Source of the DNA: a virus | Lineage: Duplodnaviria > Caudoviricetes | Strand: one strand, 5' to 3' | DNA length: 36,868 nucleotides | IMG/VR virus record: IMGVR_UViG_3300017774_000929 | Location: 1 to 36,868 of that record | Part shown: piece after piece, positions 26,101-34,800 of the stretch | How positions within the stretch are numbered: position 1 is the stretch's first letter | Layout of the letters: each line of letters begins with the position of its first letter | The notes under the pieces: generated by a model | What the model was told of the DNA's origin: nothing | What the model saw: only the letters and a program-made list of their open reading frames with translations | Databases searched by the model: none | Translations under genes and position numbers: made by a program

Positions 26101-29100
26101 ACTCGCGGTGATCTTCGCGCCATTCGCGAGGCGCTGTACGCAAACGCTGGCAAAGACGCGGAAGCTCAGCAGGTGCAGAACGCCTTGTCAGCGGCCAACG
26201 AGCTTATCACGCGTAGGGAGGCGGAGAAAAACACTGACTACGCCCGCGCCAAGAAAACCCCCGCTGCCCCCGCTGCCCCGCTTACCCCCGCTGACCGTGC
26301 TGCGGCTAGGTCGTTGGAGGAAACCAAGGCTGTGGTGACTGAGGCGACAAGGAAGTTCAACGCCAACAACATATTACAAAACCCCGGCACGGCGGCGGAT
26401 ACCAACCAAAAAGCCAACGACATCAACAAGGCTATGCCCTTCCTTGAAAAGGCGTGGCGCACTATGAGCGCGCCCTCGTTCAAGAAGTGGTTGGAGGTTA
26501 TGCCGCTTAGCCGCATGGCTGAGTGGGGCAACAAGAACGTGCCCGGACTGACCAAGCTTTACCATCTCGGCACCCAGAAGATAGGGCAACTGCACACCTA
26601 CCAGCGCAGGTTCAACGACATAACGAAGCAGCTGGTTGAAGTCGCCAACAAAAACGGCAAGGAAGTGTTGGCCGAAGTTGCTTACTACACGCGTATTAAC
26701 CGTGTGGACGTTACTGAACTAGGCGACACGCTTGCTGATAGTTACAACGCTGACAGACCACTGCAGTGGTACGCCACAGAGCTAAACAAGCAAAACATCA
26801 GTCCGGCGCGCAGGAAGCGGCTGGACAAGGCTGCCTTGCGGCGAGAAGAAGAGATCAGGGAAGTCTACGACCGGTGGCAACTGCTGGGCGAACAGAAGGG
26901 TGGACGGGAAGCGTTCCTTGCTACTCAGAAGTTCTACAAGACTATGTATAACGCTCTGCGGGCGTTGAACTACTCCGCCATGCGCCGACTGAACGTGTCT
27001 GAACAGACCCAGAAGGAACTTAAAGATACCTTCGACGAGGCTTTGGAAGGCGAAATCGAAGAAGACACTGGCATGCCCAGAAACCTGTATCCGCGTGAGT
27101 ATGTACCGGCCAAACGCTTTGGCGAGTTCTGGTTGGACATCGCTGCCGACACCAGCAAAGACGGCAAGCGCGAGCGTATTTTTAAGGTCTACGACACGGC
27201 TGGGGAGCGCGACGCTGAACTGCGGCGCTTTTCAAACACGTACGGTATAGGCAAGGACGGCAAGGACGCTGGCGGCACTCGCGTGGTCTCTGTCGGCAGC
27301 AGCATGAAAGAGTTGCAGGACGTCCCCGACGTGCGCGGCACGATGCTGGAGAAACTGTATAGTGTGCTGGACAAGGTTGCCGCAGAGGGTGCTGACCTGC
27401 CTAACAAAAAACAAGTTGACGCGCTTAAAAAAGAGTTGTTCAGCGCATGGTTGATGAGTAGCTCAGCTAACAGCCTGCAGAAAAACTTCGCTGAAACTAA
27501 GGAACTTGTCGCGGGCTTTAGCCTAGACATACCGCGTGTGTTTGCTGACTCCGCCATGCAGTACGCTAGCCTGCTTTCTTCTGCTGAATACGATCACAAG
27601 ATCGCAAACCAGATCGAGAAGCTTCGCGACGACATCGAGGAACAGCACGCGCCTGACGACCAATCCAGATACCGCATGTTCGTTGACGAGATGGAGAACC
27701 GGCTGGTTCAGGACTACGCGGCCCAGAACGAGCCCAACGTTTTCAACAGCATCAACCGGGCTATGTTCTTCTACTTCCTGACCGCGCCCGCTACCGCTGC
27801 AGCGCAGTGGGTGTCCCTGCCGGGCGTTGTGGTGCCTATCCTCGGCGCGGAATACGGCTACGGCAAAACCACGGCGGCTTTCACCAAATACCTTAACTTC
27901 GCCAAAACACTGGGAGTTACCGAAACCAACGCGCTCGGTGAAACGGTTATGTCGATGTCGTCCATGCGCAACTCGGACAGCTTCAAGAACGACCCGCTGT
28001 TCAGGAAAGCCTACCTTGCCGGTGCGGGGCGCGCAGTGTTCGAGACCATGGTCGACGTAGTCACCAGCTCTGCGGCTACCCCAACAAAGGCGAGGACCAA
28101 AGGTGAGTACGTCAAGAACTTCTTCCTTAAAACCAACGAAGTTGTAACTGGCGCGCTTAGCGCGGTGTACACTTCCTCTGAGCTGGTCACCCGCGAAGTT
28201 GCCTATATGACGGCCTTCGACCTGCACTACGCGAAGACGGGAAACTTTGAAGCGTCAGTGAACGCAGCGGTCACTAACGTGAACAAGTCCATGGGTAGCT
28301 ATCTGGACATTGAACGCCCGGCGTTCATGAAGCACTCAGCCATTCGGTCCCTGATGGCCTTCAAGCAATACGCCATTGCTATGACGTCGTTGTACGTAGA
28401 CTCCATAGCTAAAATCCTCCCTTCGCTGCCGGACGGAAACCCGTATTCCGCAAAGCGGCATGCGGAACGTATGATGGCTATCAAGCAGTTAGCTGGCATC
28501 ACCACTATGGGCGCGCTTCTTGGCGGCGTCCCGGGCACTATGGTGTTTGGCATCATCGGTTCTACGTTCGGCATAGCTATGAAAGCCGCGCTGGACGACG
28601 AGGAGAAGGAAGCCATCCGCGCAGAGGACCCGCTTGTTAACCCGCTGGACAACTTCGAAGCTTGGTTCCGCAGGAAGTGGCTGCCGGAAACCTACGGCAC
28701 CGGCATGGGCGACATCGTCGAGAACGGCGTCATCTCTGAACTGACCGGTGCGGACTTTGCATCACGTTTGTCTAACAGCAACATGTGGTGGCGCGACGGG
28801 AAACCGGGCGAGACGCCTAGCGAAAACATCCTCAACACTGCCGCAGCCAACATACCGCCGCTGTCCATGGCCATGTCCGTGGCTGACGCCTATGGCGATT
28901 TCTCGGAAGGCAGGGTTCTGCGCGGCGCTGCTAAGATCGCACCAGCCTTCCTGCGCGGCGGGATAAACGCCTATCGCATCAACAAAGAAGGTATCGAAAG
29001 CCCCACCACTGGCGACACCAGCATCGAGCCGGGGGAACTGAACATGGCGGACATTGTGTCACAGACACTGGGCTTTGTGCCTATGAAGGTGTCTGACTTC

Positions 29101-29406
29101 CGCAAGGAGTCCTTCGCATTCCAAGGTGCCCGCACCGAGGCCGGTAGGGCCAAGACCCGTGTCATGGGTAACCTCTACCGCGTGCTTATGGATGCTAACG
29201 CGCAGCCGGGGCAACTGGACAGGGCCATCGCTGCTATCGAGCGCCACAACATGCGTTACCCTCCGGGCACTCCGTACTTCATCGACGAGAAGACCTTGAT
29301 GACGTCGCTTGAACGTCAAGAAAGCTCCGACGAGCGCACCTATCGCGGCATGATGCTGCGGGACGAAGAAGCGCGACTGGCACCTACCTACGAAGGCGAC
29401 CGCTAA
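23110..29406 (+). CDS. Large polyvalent ejected protein with zincin (MPTase-like) HExxH domain, 2098 aa
   Basis: Duplicated N-terminal motif, Gly/Ala TM-like hairpin, EVLMHEAVHA (HExxH at 25543-25557) with downstream EREF...TNKPFQDWL, YVPAKRFG (PLxRFG-like, ~27100), helical C-terminal region; last gene of the virion arm. Confidence 0.8.
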   Translation: MGDKRYIVRAPNGVQYAVVGREGLSRREVIAAVISQNPDAGVRTYQVRANDGNNYEVRGRPGLSQTQVRNAVHAEIPETNVRRNAIGAGFAQARNNLTTGLPFAFETATGRLTEEEQQRYLASQRRAAELAEQRLPGGAPSFDDMMSGRADFFGGLMENLGQSIPQAVPAVVGGLGGAAIGSAAGPGGTIAGGIGGVLGGVGASTPFFVGSNVARATEGGQVPLTQGAARRAIAAAPAQASADVLAAKFIPGVGRLFGGPATSTAISRLARPGLARGAVRIGQGAVAGGTAEAGQQFGERYAAGLPLGDREAMREYGESAALGALMDASVGVAGAPFSGRRDGSTPTPSAPTPIGAPPASTDFGTEEDTAAVAKELEALAPEQQAVFVNEYNRLIQDGLTSEATAATMALDTAKQVPVTTTQGTEDVVSVGRPDGESVPSLDARGELDGTPTGPEGVAAGDVGGAGSPPPVGLQSEGNVDVALTATAPKRRKGKAAVAPIAEGENLAAPALLSIPEASAIVVPVEYPKNPGRQSVFEVGYKAALSGVAVPETVLNEFGKDRFAYNAGVTNGLAALPELLSARGQPTPVPEVAPVAPPAPEVAPAPTGKAPLPAERRAAQAAKTADLNAANTAAVDALEAAGGDTKKVADFRSFIANPSPTVSPVVLSKLIAREASKLPAADAAQQADNMRTTIRPPERSRYPDGFVPDPEFERRIQGKTLSEAVTEAAVSRYDRTGDMAYFKIGTRVADKIKAMEQQGFSFDVGLASVGDPRMESLSSAGQMKMDMETGAMSVLLRDSKAISSGTTPEVLMHEAVHAVSSPLIREAAENALSPNRAVYEELRALFKEVSAQVDTLPADLRTSNAMKNEREFMTWGLTNKPFQDWLRTVPVKGGNAWSAFVEVMRKLLSIDKAEINALTRLLEVSDKVFAADTAPASPEQWNALQARKASGEYKAMHLQYHLDKNKPTLKQARELLSAATTRNEVASVLGMLEGQGVLTRGDLRAIREALYANAGKDAEAQQVQNALSAANELITRREAEKNTDYARAKKTPAAPAAPLTPADRAAARSLEETKAVVTEATRKFNANNILQNPGTAADTNQKANDINKAMPFLEKAWRTMSAPSFKKWLEVMPLSRMAEWGNKNVPGLTKLYHLGTQKIGQLHTYQRRFNDITKQLVEVANKNGKEVLAEVAYYTRINRVDVTELGDTLADSYNADRPLQWYATELNKQNISPARRKRLDKAALRREEEIREVYDRWQLLGEQKGGREAFLATQKFYKTMYNALRALNYSAMRRLNVSEQTQKELKDTFDEALEGEIEEDTGMPRNLYPREYVPAKRFGEFWLDIAADTSKDGKRERIFKVYDTAGERDAELRRFSNTYGIGKDGKDAGGTRVVSVGSSMKELQDVPDVRGTMLEKLYSVLDKVAAEGADLPNKKQVDALKKELFSAWLMSSSANSLQKNFAETKELVAGFSLDIPRVFADSAMQYASLLSSAEYDHKIANQIEKLRDDIEEQHAPDDQSRYRMFVDEMENRLVQDYAAQNEPNVFNSINRAMFFYFLTAPATAAAQWVSLPGVVVPILGAEYGYGKTTAAFTKYLNFAKTLGVTETNALGETVMSMSSMRNSDSFKNDPLFRKAYLAGAGRAVFETMVDVVTSSAATPTKARTKGEYVKNFFLKTNEVVTGALSAVYTSSELVTREVAYMTAFDLHYAKTGNFEASVNAAVTNVNKSMGSYLDIERPAFMKHSAIRSLMAFKQYAIAMTSLYVDSIAKILPSLPDGNPYSAKRHAERMMAIKQLAGITTMGALLGGVPGTMVFGIIGSTFGIAMKAALDDEEKEAIRAEDPLVNPLDNFEAWFRRKWLPETYGTGMGDIVENGVISELTGADFASRLSNSNMWWRDGKPGETPSENILNTAAANIPPLSMAMSVADAYGDFSEGRVLRGAAKIAPAFLRGGINAYRINKEGIESPTTGDTSIEPGELNMADIVSQTLGFVPMKVSDFRKESFAFQGARTEAGRAKTRVMGNLYRVLMDANAQPGQLDRAIAAIERHNMRYPPGTPYFIDEKTLMTSLERQESSDERTYRGMMLRDEEARLAPTYEGDR

Positions 29407-29412
29407 ACATAG

Positions 29413-29444
29413 AAAAACCCCCCGCCGAGGGAGCAGCGGGGGGT
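29413..29444 (-). terminator. Rho-independent terminator of the replication arm at the convergence point
   Basis: Stem ACCCCCCGC 29417-29425 / GCGGGGGGT 29436-29444, 10-nt loop; A5 on + gives a U-tract on -. Confidence 0.75.
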
Positions 29445-29500
29445 CAGACAACACAACGACGAAGGTGGGGGGAGCAACCCCACATCGCCCGCGCAACATA

Positions 29501-29695
29501 TCATGTGCGCCAGATACGTAAACCCCGAACGCCGTCTTCTATCGAGATTTTGTCAATGGTGCGGAAGCCTAGTTTGCGCATGGTTTTCGCCATCTGCTTG
29601 CGTGCTTCTGCACAGTTAAGACAAGGCAGAAATATAGAAGTGCCCGGATCGAAGGCGTCCCAGTTAACCCGATACTCTACGCCTTCTAGCTCCAC
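29501..29695 (-). CDS. Small phage protein, possible DNA-binding, 64 aa
   Basis: GGAGG RBS; W..F.PG.SIFLPC and EDGVRGLRIWR pattern. Confidence 0.72.
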   Translation of the reverse strand: MELEGVEYRVNWDAFDPGTSIFLPCLNCAEARKQMAKTMRKLGFRTIDKISIEDGVRGLRIWRT

Positions 29696-29697
29696 GT

Positions 29698-29925
29698 CTA
29701 TTTACTACCTCCATCACCGCAACTGTTACCGTCGTAACCGCACCCCCAACCGGAACCTGTGCAGCTGGAGTTGTTGGTGCCGCAACCTTTTCCGTAACTG
29801 CTACCCCCGCCATTACCCCCGCCGCTGAAGCTATACCCGTATCCTACACCCCAGCCACTCCACGCGTCCTCTCCGTCGAGGCAGACCATACCCTCAAACA
29901 GTTTCGGCCAGTGCAGGACTGTCAT
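29698..29925 (-). CDS. Gly/Ser/Cys-rich small protein with conserved leader (copy 2), 75 aa
   Basis: GGAG RBS, ATGA overlap; MTVLHWPKLFEGMV leader shared with the upstream paralogue. Confidence 0.7.
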   Translation of the reverse strand: MTVLHWPKLFEGMVCLDGEDAWSGWGVGYGYSFSGGGNGGGSSYGKGCGTNNSSCTGSGWGCGYDGNSCGDGGSK

Positions 29926-30107
29926 TTACTCTCTCCGCCGCCGTAGCCTCTGCCGCTGCCATAGCCACTGCCGTGGCCACTGTTATAGCCACTGCCATAA
30001 CCGCTGCCGTCTACTCTGCCGATACGCCAACCGTACCCCCAGCCGTTTCTAGCTCTCTTGCCATCTGCGCTAACCATACCCTCAAACAGTTTCGGCCAGT
30101 GCAGGAC
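29885..30107. repeat. 35-bp exact direct repeat (29885-29919 and 30073-30107)
   Basis: ACCATACCCTCAAACAGTTTCGGCCAGTGCAGGAC occurs twice, 188 bp apart. Confidence 0.95.
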
Positions 30108-30113
30108 CACCAT
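29922..30113 (-). CDS. Gly/Ser/Tyr-rich small protein with conserved leader (copy 1), 63 aa
   Basis: GGAGGAGG RBS before ATG 30113 (track start 30170 less likely); MVVLHWPKLFEGMV leader then GSGYG repeats; overlaps the primase-helicase 3' end. Confidence 0.7.
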   Translation of the reverse strand: MVVLHWPKLFEGMVSADGKRARNGWGYGWRIGRVDGSGYGSGYNSGHGSGYGSGRGYGGGESK

Positions 30114-32961
30114 CTTCCTCCTCCCCACCCATTGCTTCGATGAGGGGTTCCGCGCCTTCGAACGCCGCATGGTTAAAGTCCAGCTCCATGGCGTAGACCG
30201 GGGGTCCAGACAGCTTCATGCCCGCTGACATGCGCTTGGCTCCGCTGTTCAGTAGCAGCCCGGTGGACTTCATCTCCGCTATCAGGTCGCGGTATGGCAG
30301 CTGCTTGCTGGTGCAGTAGTCCATGAACGTCTTGGACACGATAAACACCCTGCTGGTGTCGGGCTCGAACCTCACCCGCAGTTCGCCCTTGGGCTCCTGT
30401 TTAGGCATGGACTGCATGCCAGACTGTTTGTCCTTCTTGGCGTTGACCACGAGGATGTTCTGGGTGTTCAGGTTGATGAAGTCGCCGACGACGGACGAGG
30501 AAGATGCGTTCCCCGCTATCGCTGAAGCGTCATCCCGCATGCGGAGCAGTTCGGCCACAACCCAGTTGAAGATGGCCTTGAGGTCGTACGAACACAGACC
30601 CAGCCTTTTGGCAATCACACCTCCGGCAAGGTTAGACACCGCCCCACCTGTGCGGAAACGCTCCTTCGGGATAAGGCCGATCTTGGCTATCAGTTTGGCC
30701 TCGACTTCCAGCCAGATACGCTTGGCCTCGTCGTGGTTGTTGACCAGCCAGTCCGCATAGATGTCTCCCGCGCACCCGTAGTTTTCAAGCAGCTGATGGT
30801 CGAACATTTTCCGGGCGTACTCGGGTTCCAGCGCGTGCGTGTACTCAATGTTGTACTCGAACAGGCGCATAAGCTCGCCGTCAGGGGAAGCTTTCAAGGC
30901 CAGCAGCTTTTCCCGGAACGACGCGTTGGAACTGCACAGGGAGATTGTCTGCCACGTCGTGTCATTCCGGCGCAGCGAGTTGCTGTGCTGACGCATCCGG
31001 TCCTTCCCCTTACCCTGCGTCATGGCGTAGGCAAGGTTAGAAAACTCTTTGGCCTCCATGTTGGTCATCTCATCGACCACAAAAGGCAGGTTTTTGCAGG
31101 TGCCAAGCCGCTGCACCCGTGCGTTTGCCGTGTCGTCGCTTCGACCGCACAGTTCCTGTGGGTGACCATAAACGCTGTTGCACATCTGCAGGATGGTGGT
31201 CTTGCCCGTGCCGGAGTTTGGATGCACTACGTTGATGATAAGGCCTGACTGCCCAGAGAACTTGAACAGGGGTGCACCGAAGGCCGTCAGTGCGCCGAAA
31301 GCGTGGGGCTCCAGCCCCGGTGCTGCATAGAGGTCAAACACTTCGCGCCAATCGTCCAGCGTGCCGTTAACGCGCATGCGCTCTGCAAGTTGTTCTGTAG
31401 CGGCGGAAGGGACGCTGGCGCTCACTGCACCGGGGGCGTACTCCCGGTCTCCGATGATGAACTTCGTGTCGTCGTCGGCCCAGCCAAACTGCGTTCTCAT
31501 GTTATCAGCCTTCTTGCGTTTTTGGAGGTTGTTGATGCAGATGTTTATGTACATGGCAAGTTCTATGGACTGCTTGTCGCTGCCCATGATGCCTTCGGCA
31601 GCCAGCCCCTTGCGTAGCTCTGCCTTTTCCACGATGACCCGGTTCGGCAGGAAGAACTCACGGGTGCCATCTAGTGGTGTTACCAAGCGAAATACAGTCA
31701 CATACCCCTTCTCGGGGTCGTGCATGCGCCTCACTACATACAGCATGATCTCGCAGACCTTCACGTCTGCTTGCTCGTCCCCGACCCTGCGCCACAGCGA
31801 CCCGTCTTCACCCTTGAAGTAGCTGTGCGGTAGCGGGCCACCTTTCTCTGCTGGCGCATCTGCGTCCAGCTCCTCGTCCCCGTCCTCGTCCTTGGCTTCT
31901 ACTCCCACCACGCCTAGCCGCAGTGGGGTGCCGGGCTTGCCTTTTAACGGGCACCCGTCGCAGCCGCCGGGGTTCAGGCCCTCGATCACCTTGCAAGAGT
32001 ACGCGCCTTTGGTCTCTCTGGCCTTCCGCTCCGTCCTCGCTGGGTCGTAGTCCTTGTGCTCCGCAGACACAGCGGCGAGGGCTTCTTCCCGGTCCACGCA
32101 CAGGGTCGCTATGCTAAGCGCCGCCCGCCACATGGGTTCTTCAAGGGTCGCTGCGTTATCTACACACTTCTGTAGCTGCCTGCATTGCGCGGCTATCTTG
32201 GCAAAGCTGGAGTTCGGGAAGTCTTTATGCTCGTCAAACGTAGCGTCTAGCGTGGACGAGCGGCTAACCCCAAACAGCGGTACGACGTTCGATGATTTCG
32301 CTGACTGCGCCCGTTGCACCGGCTGCGCTGGCTTGGTTCCCAGCAAAGCGCAGAAGGCTTCGTAGGTTGTCGTTGGCCCCACCACCTTCAGCACGGTCGG
32401 GCGCGGCGCGTCCTTTTTGTAGTTGAACGTCCCCGGCACGCGCATGATGCGGGACACTTCGAACACTGCCGGGTCTACATACAGCTTGCGTTCTACGCAG
32501 AGCGCCTTGAACTTGGCGGCGGTTTCTTCCCACTGCTCGCGGGACACGGCTTCTTCCAACACCCAGTGCACGTGGATGCCGCCACCTGTGTCCACCAGCG
32601 TAGGCATGGGCAGACCTAGCTCGGCACGGAACTTCTCCAGCGCCTCTGCGGCCAGCCGCTTTGTCAGGTAGCCCTTGGGTGTGCCGTTTGCCGTGGCAGC
32701 GCCTTTTTCTGGCCCGCAGTCTAGGTCCAGCCAGAACGCCTTGACGCTAGAGACCCGGTCTTTTGTGCGCTTCCCCGGCCCTTCAAAGTTGGACATGGAG
32801 AAGTAGAGGTCATGGTCGGGCAGCCACTTTTCCAGCTGCTCCTGCATATCTGCAGCAGCTTCGACCCAATGGTGCTTTACCCTGCCGGAGGCGTCGATGC
32901 CGCACAAAGCGAAACACCCGCCGGGGGGATGAATAGCGTTTATGAGGTCAAAAGGTTCCAT
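30082..32961 (-). CDS. Primase-helicase (AEP/RepB-like primase, Cys cluster, DUF927-like P-loop helicase), 959 aa
   Basis: FWLDLDCG, DTGGGIHVHW, RIMRVPGTFNYK; EPMWRAALSIA..C, CKVI..NPGGCDGCP; QFGW, Walker A SGTGKTT, Walker B FVVDE, GKGKDRM. Confidence 0.88.
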   Translation of the reverse strand: MEPFDLINAIHPPGGCFALCGIDASGRVKHHWVEAAADMQEQLEKWLPDHDLYFSMSNFEGPGKRTKDRVSSVKAFWLDLDCGPEKGAATANGTPKGYLTKRLAAEALEKFRAELGLPMPTLVDTGGGIHVHWVLEEAVSREQWEETAAKFKALCVERKLYVDPAVFEVSRIMRVPGTFNYKKDAPRPTVLKVVGPTTTYEAFCALLGTKPAQPVQRAQSAKSSNVVPLFGVSRSSTLDATFDEHKDFPNSSFAKIAAQCRQLQKCVDNAATLEEPMWRAALSIATLCVDREEALAAVSAEHKDYDPARTERKARETKGAYSCKVIEGLNPGGCDGCPLKGKPGTPLRLGVVGVEAKDEDGDEELDADAPAEKGGPLPHSYFKGEDGSLWRRVGDEQADVKVCEIMLYVVRRMHDPEKGYVTVFRLVTPLDGTREFFLPNRVIVEKAELRKGLAAEGIMGSDKQSIELAMYINICINNLQKRKKADNMRTQFGWADDDTKFIIGDREYAPGAVSASVPSAATEQLAERMRVNGTLDDWREVFDLYAAPGLEPHAFGALTAFGAPLFKFSGQSGLIINVVHPNSGTGKTTILQMCNSVYGHPQELCGRSDDTANARVQRLGTCKNLPFVVDEMTNMEAKEFSNLAYAMTQGKGKDRMRQHSNSLRRNDTTWQTISLCSSNASFREKLLALKASPDGELMRLFEYNIEYTHALEPEYARKMFDHQLLENYGCAGDIYADWLVNNHDEAKRIWLEVEAKLIAKIGLIPKERFRTGGAVSNLAGGVIAKRLGLCSYDLKAIFNWVVAELLRMRDDASAIAGNASSSSVVGDFINLNTQNILVVNAKKDKQSGMQSMPKQEPKGELRVRFEPDTSRVFIVSKTFMDYCTSKQLPYRDLIAEMKSTGLLLNSGAKRMSAGMKLSGPPVYAMELDFNHAAFEGAEPLIEAMGGEEEDGGPALAETV

Positions 32962-33041
32962 GGGGTCCGGGTTTCAAGCAGCAGAAAGCTATGCCCCCGG
33001 AGGGGCCGTTAGTCACCACTCGTAAAAAAGGTTAGCTGTCG

Positions 33042-33278
33042 CTAATGGCTGATGCGGGCGATATAGGCTTCGACCATTTCAGCCCGGTCCCCCGCGCAGG
33101 GGGACTTCGTACCACGGAACCAGTTGTACACCGTCTGGCGGGACACCTGCATTGCTTCGGCAACCTCGGCGACCGAGATATTCTTGTCAATACACAGGCG
33201 TCCCAACCGCACGCCAAGGCGTCCAGCGTCCGCAGCCGCGTTATCTTTCAGGGTTTGGACACTGTAGCCTACGGGCAT
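33042..33278 (-). CDS. XRE/Cro-type helix-turn-helix protein, 78 aa
   Basis: SVAEVAEAMQVSRQTVYNWFRG HTH signature. Confidence 0.85.
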   Translation of the reverse strand: MPVGYSVQTLKDNAAADAGRLGVRLGRLCIDKNISVAEVAEAMQVSRQTVYNWFRGTKSPCAGDRAEMVEAYIARISH

Positions 33279-33280
33279 GT

Positions 33281-34207
33281 TTATTCGTCTCCCCAGAGGT
33301 CGGACACCTTGGCTGCCAAGGAAGCAGGGTCAGGGCGTTCGGTGGTTTGTTGTTTGGTGCTGGCCCGCTTGGTAGGCTCAGCCACTTCGGCCACGACTTC
33401 TTCCTCGTCGTCCGGCTCAGCGTACGACTTCACCACCGGCTTGGCTGCAGGTTCGGGCTCAGCCTCAGCCTCGGCTGCAGCTTCCGCCCCCTTCTTCTCG
33501 AACAGCGTGATCTTGGTGTAGTTCGTAGCTTCAGGCTGGGCCTGTGACTGCACAACAAGCGAATACTCGTCGTCGTTAAGCCCACGCAACGGCGTGAAGC
33601 GCAACTCCATGTTGGCTGCCTCCGGGTCGTAGCTGACGTTGGTTACTACCGTGTCCACCATTTCGTTGTGCGCGCGCAGGTAGCTGACGTAGCTCTCGAA
33701 CGGATGCACGTTGCCGACACCCTTGCCGAACAGCGACTTGGACGGGATGTTGATCTGATAGATGTCACCGCTGTCGTCCCCGGCCAGAAGCACAGCCAGA
33801 CGCCGCTGATAGCGGCAAGCGCGGGTGTTCATAGCGCCGGAACCCTTGATGTTCTTCGGGCACACAGCGCACGATTTTGCTTGTGGTTCAGAAGCTTTCG
33901 GGTCCGGCACGTCGCCAAGGTTGGACCAGCAGACGGGCGCTTCGGCTTCTGCGTTGGGGTCATACGTGCCGGAGTAGAACAGGCGCGACACCTTGGGCAG
34001 CGCACCGACGATGACGACGTCGAGGTCACCCCGCTTGGCGTTGCCGATCTGTTCGCCGTTCACCAGCCGCTTGAACGTGCCGGTGTTGCTGGTCTGGATG
34101 CGGCGGTAGGTGCCACCACCACTGTTGAGAGTTTGGCTAAGCGCACTCTCGCGGCCCCGGCCAGTGGAAACAGCGTTGCTGTCTTTGAAGATGGTGAGGT
34201 TGGTCAT
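33281..34207 (-). CDS. Probable ssDNA-binding/annealing replication protein, 308 aa
   Basis: CWS...C..CPKN..GS...ACRYQRRLAV Zn motif, acidic low-complexity tail ending DLWGDE. Start moved to ATG 34207 (AGGG upstream); track start 34288 overlaps the previous gene. Confidence 0.6.
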   Translation of the reverse strand: MTNLTIFKDSNAVSTGRGRESALSQTLNSGGGTYRRIQTSNTGTFKRLVNGEQIGNAKRGDLDVVIVGALPKVSRLFYSGTYDPNAEAEAPVCWSNLGDVPDPKASEPQAKSCAVCPKNIKGSGAMNTRACRYQRRLAVLLAGDDSGDIYQINIPSKSLFGKGVGNVHPFESYVSYLRAHNEMVDTVVTNVSYDPEAANMELRFTPLRGLNDDEYSLVVQSQAQPEATNYTKITLFEKKGAEAAAEAEAEPEPAAKPVVKSYAEPDDEEEVVAEVAEPTKRASTKQQTTERPDPASLAAKVSDLWGDE

Positions 34208-34217
34208 AGGTATTTCC

Positions 34218-34622
34218 CTAAGCGTTCGTCGGGCGACGAACTTGAATGGTGTAGCGGTTGTCGGCTTGCAGCCCTGCCGGGTAGGCATCCGGGTTATCTT
34301 GGATGAACTGCCGCATGTTGGTGTTGTGAATGCGCTGCTCCAGCAGGAAGGGCGCAGCGTTCTTGTTGATAAAGTCGTACATCGTCTCCCAGTCCGTGGT
34401 CCAGTAGCGCGTGGTCACCCTGCGGCTGATGGTGCCTGCCGGGGTACGGATGCTGTCCGCGTTCTGTTCGTTGCACCGCTCCAGTATCTGCATGCTGATG
34501 CGGTCGAAAGGTTCCTTGAGGGAGGCGATCTCCTCCTTGTGGGCGACTTCCTTTTCTTGGATGGCGTTGCGCAGAACGAGATATTCCGCGACGAGTTCGT
34601 CCAGCTTCGGTGTGTCAGTCAC
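34218..34622 (-). CDS. Phage coiled-coil protein of the replication module, 134 aa
   Basis: LVAEYLVLRN coiled coil, SIRTPAGT, DWETMYDFI, LLEQRI, YPAGL; AGGA upstream of GTG. Confidence 0.75.
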   Translation of the reverse strand: MTDTPKLDELVAEYLVLRNAIQEKEVAHKEEIASLKEPFDRISMQILERCNEQNADSIRTPAGTISRRVTTRYWTTDWETMYDFINKNAAPFLLEQRIHNTNMRQFIQDNPDAYPAGLQADNRYTIQVRRPTNA

Positions 34623-34779
34623 GGCACAGCATCCTGTAGAGGTCGTCCTTAGCTAGCCGGGCGTGTTCCCTGTTAAACGACACGTGGGGGCCGCTGGAGG
34701 TGCGAGTCATAAACTCCTCGATGCGGGCGTCGATGAAAACAGTGATGCTGTCCACCTGTTCTCTGGAAAGTTTTGTCAT
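34615..34779 (-). CDS. Small hypothetical protein, 54 aa (below ORF-track cutoff)
   Basis: AAGGAG RBS; MTKLSREQVDSITVFIDARIEEFMTRTSSGPHVSFNREHARLAKDDLYRMLCRD*; directly downstream of a promoter; overlaps next start. Confidence 0.7.
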   Translation of the reverse strand: MTKLSREQVDSITVFIDARIEEFMTRTSSGPHVSFNREHARLAKDDLYRMLCRD

Positions 34780-34800
34780 GTGGTGCTCCTTTATGCCCTC

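Noticed and set aside
96-29165. Long antisense ORFs (e.g. 96-806, 815-1762, 2864-3787, 6086-7000, 9445-11319, 24625-25377)
   Set aside because: They are shadows of GC-rich, codon-biased + strand genes; they lack recognisable motifs and fully overlap better-supported genes.
29885-30107. 35-bp direct repeat as attL/attR of an integrated element
   Set aside because: Only 188 bp apart, no integrase present, and both copies encode the same N-terminal peptide; tandem paralogy fits better.
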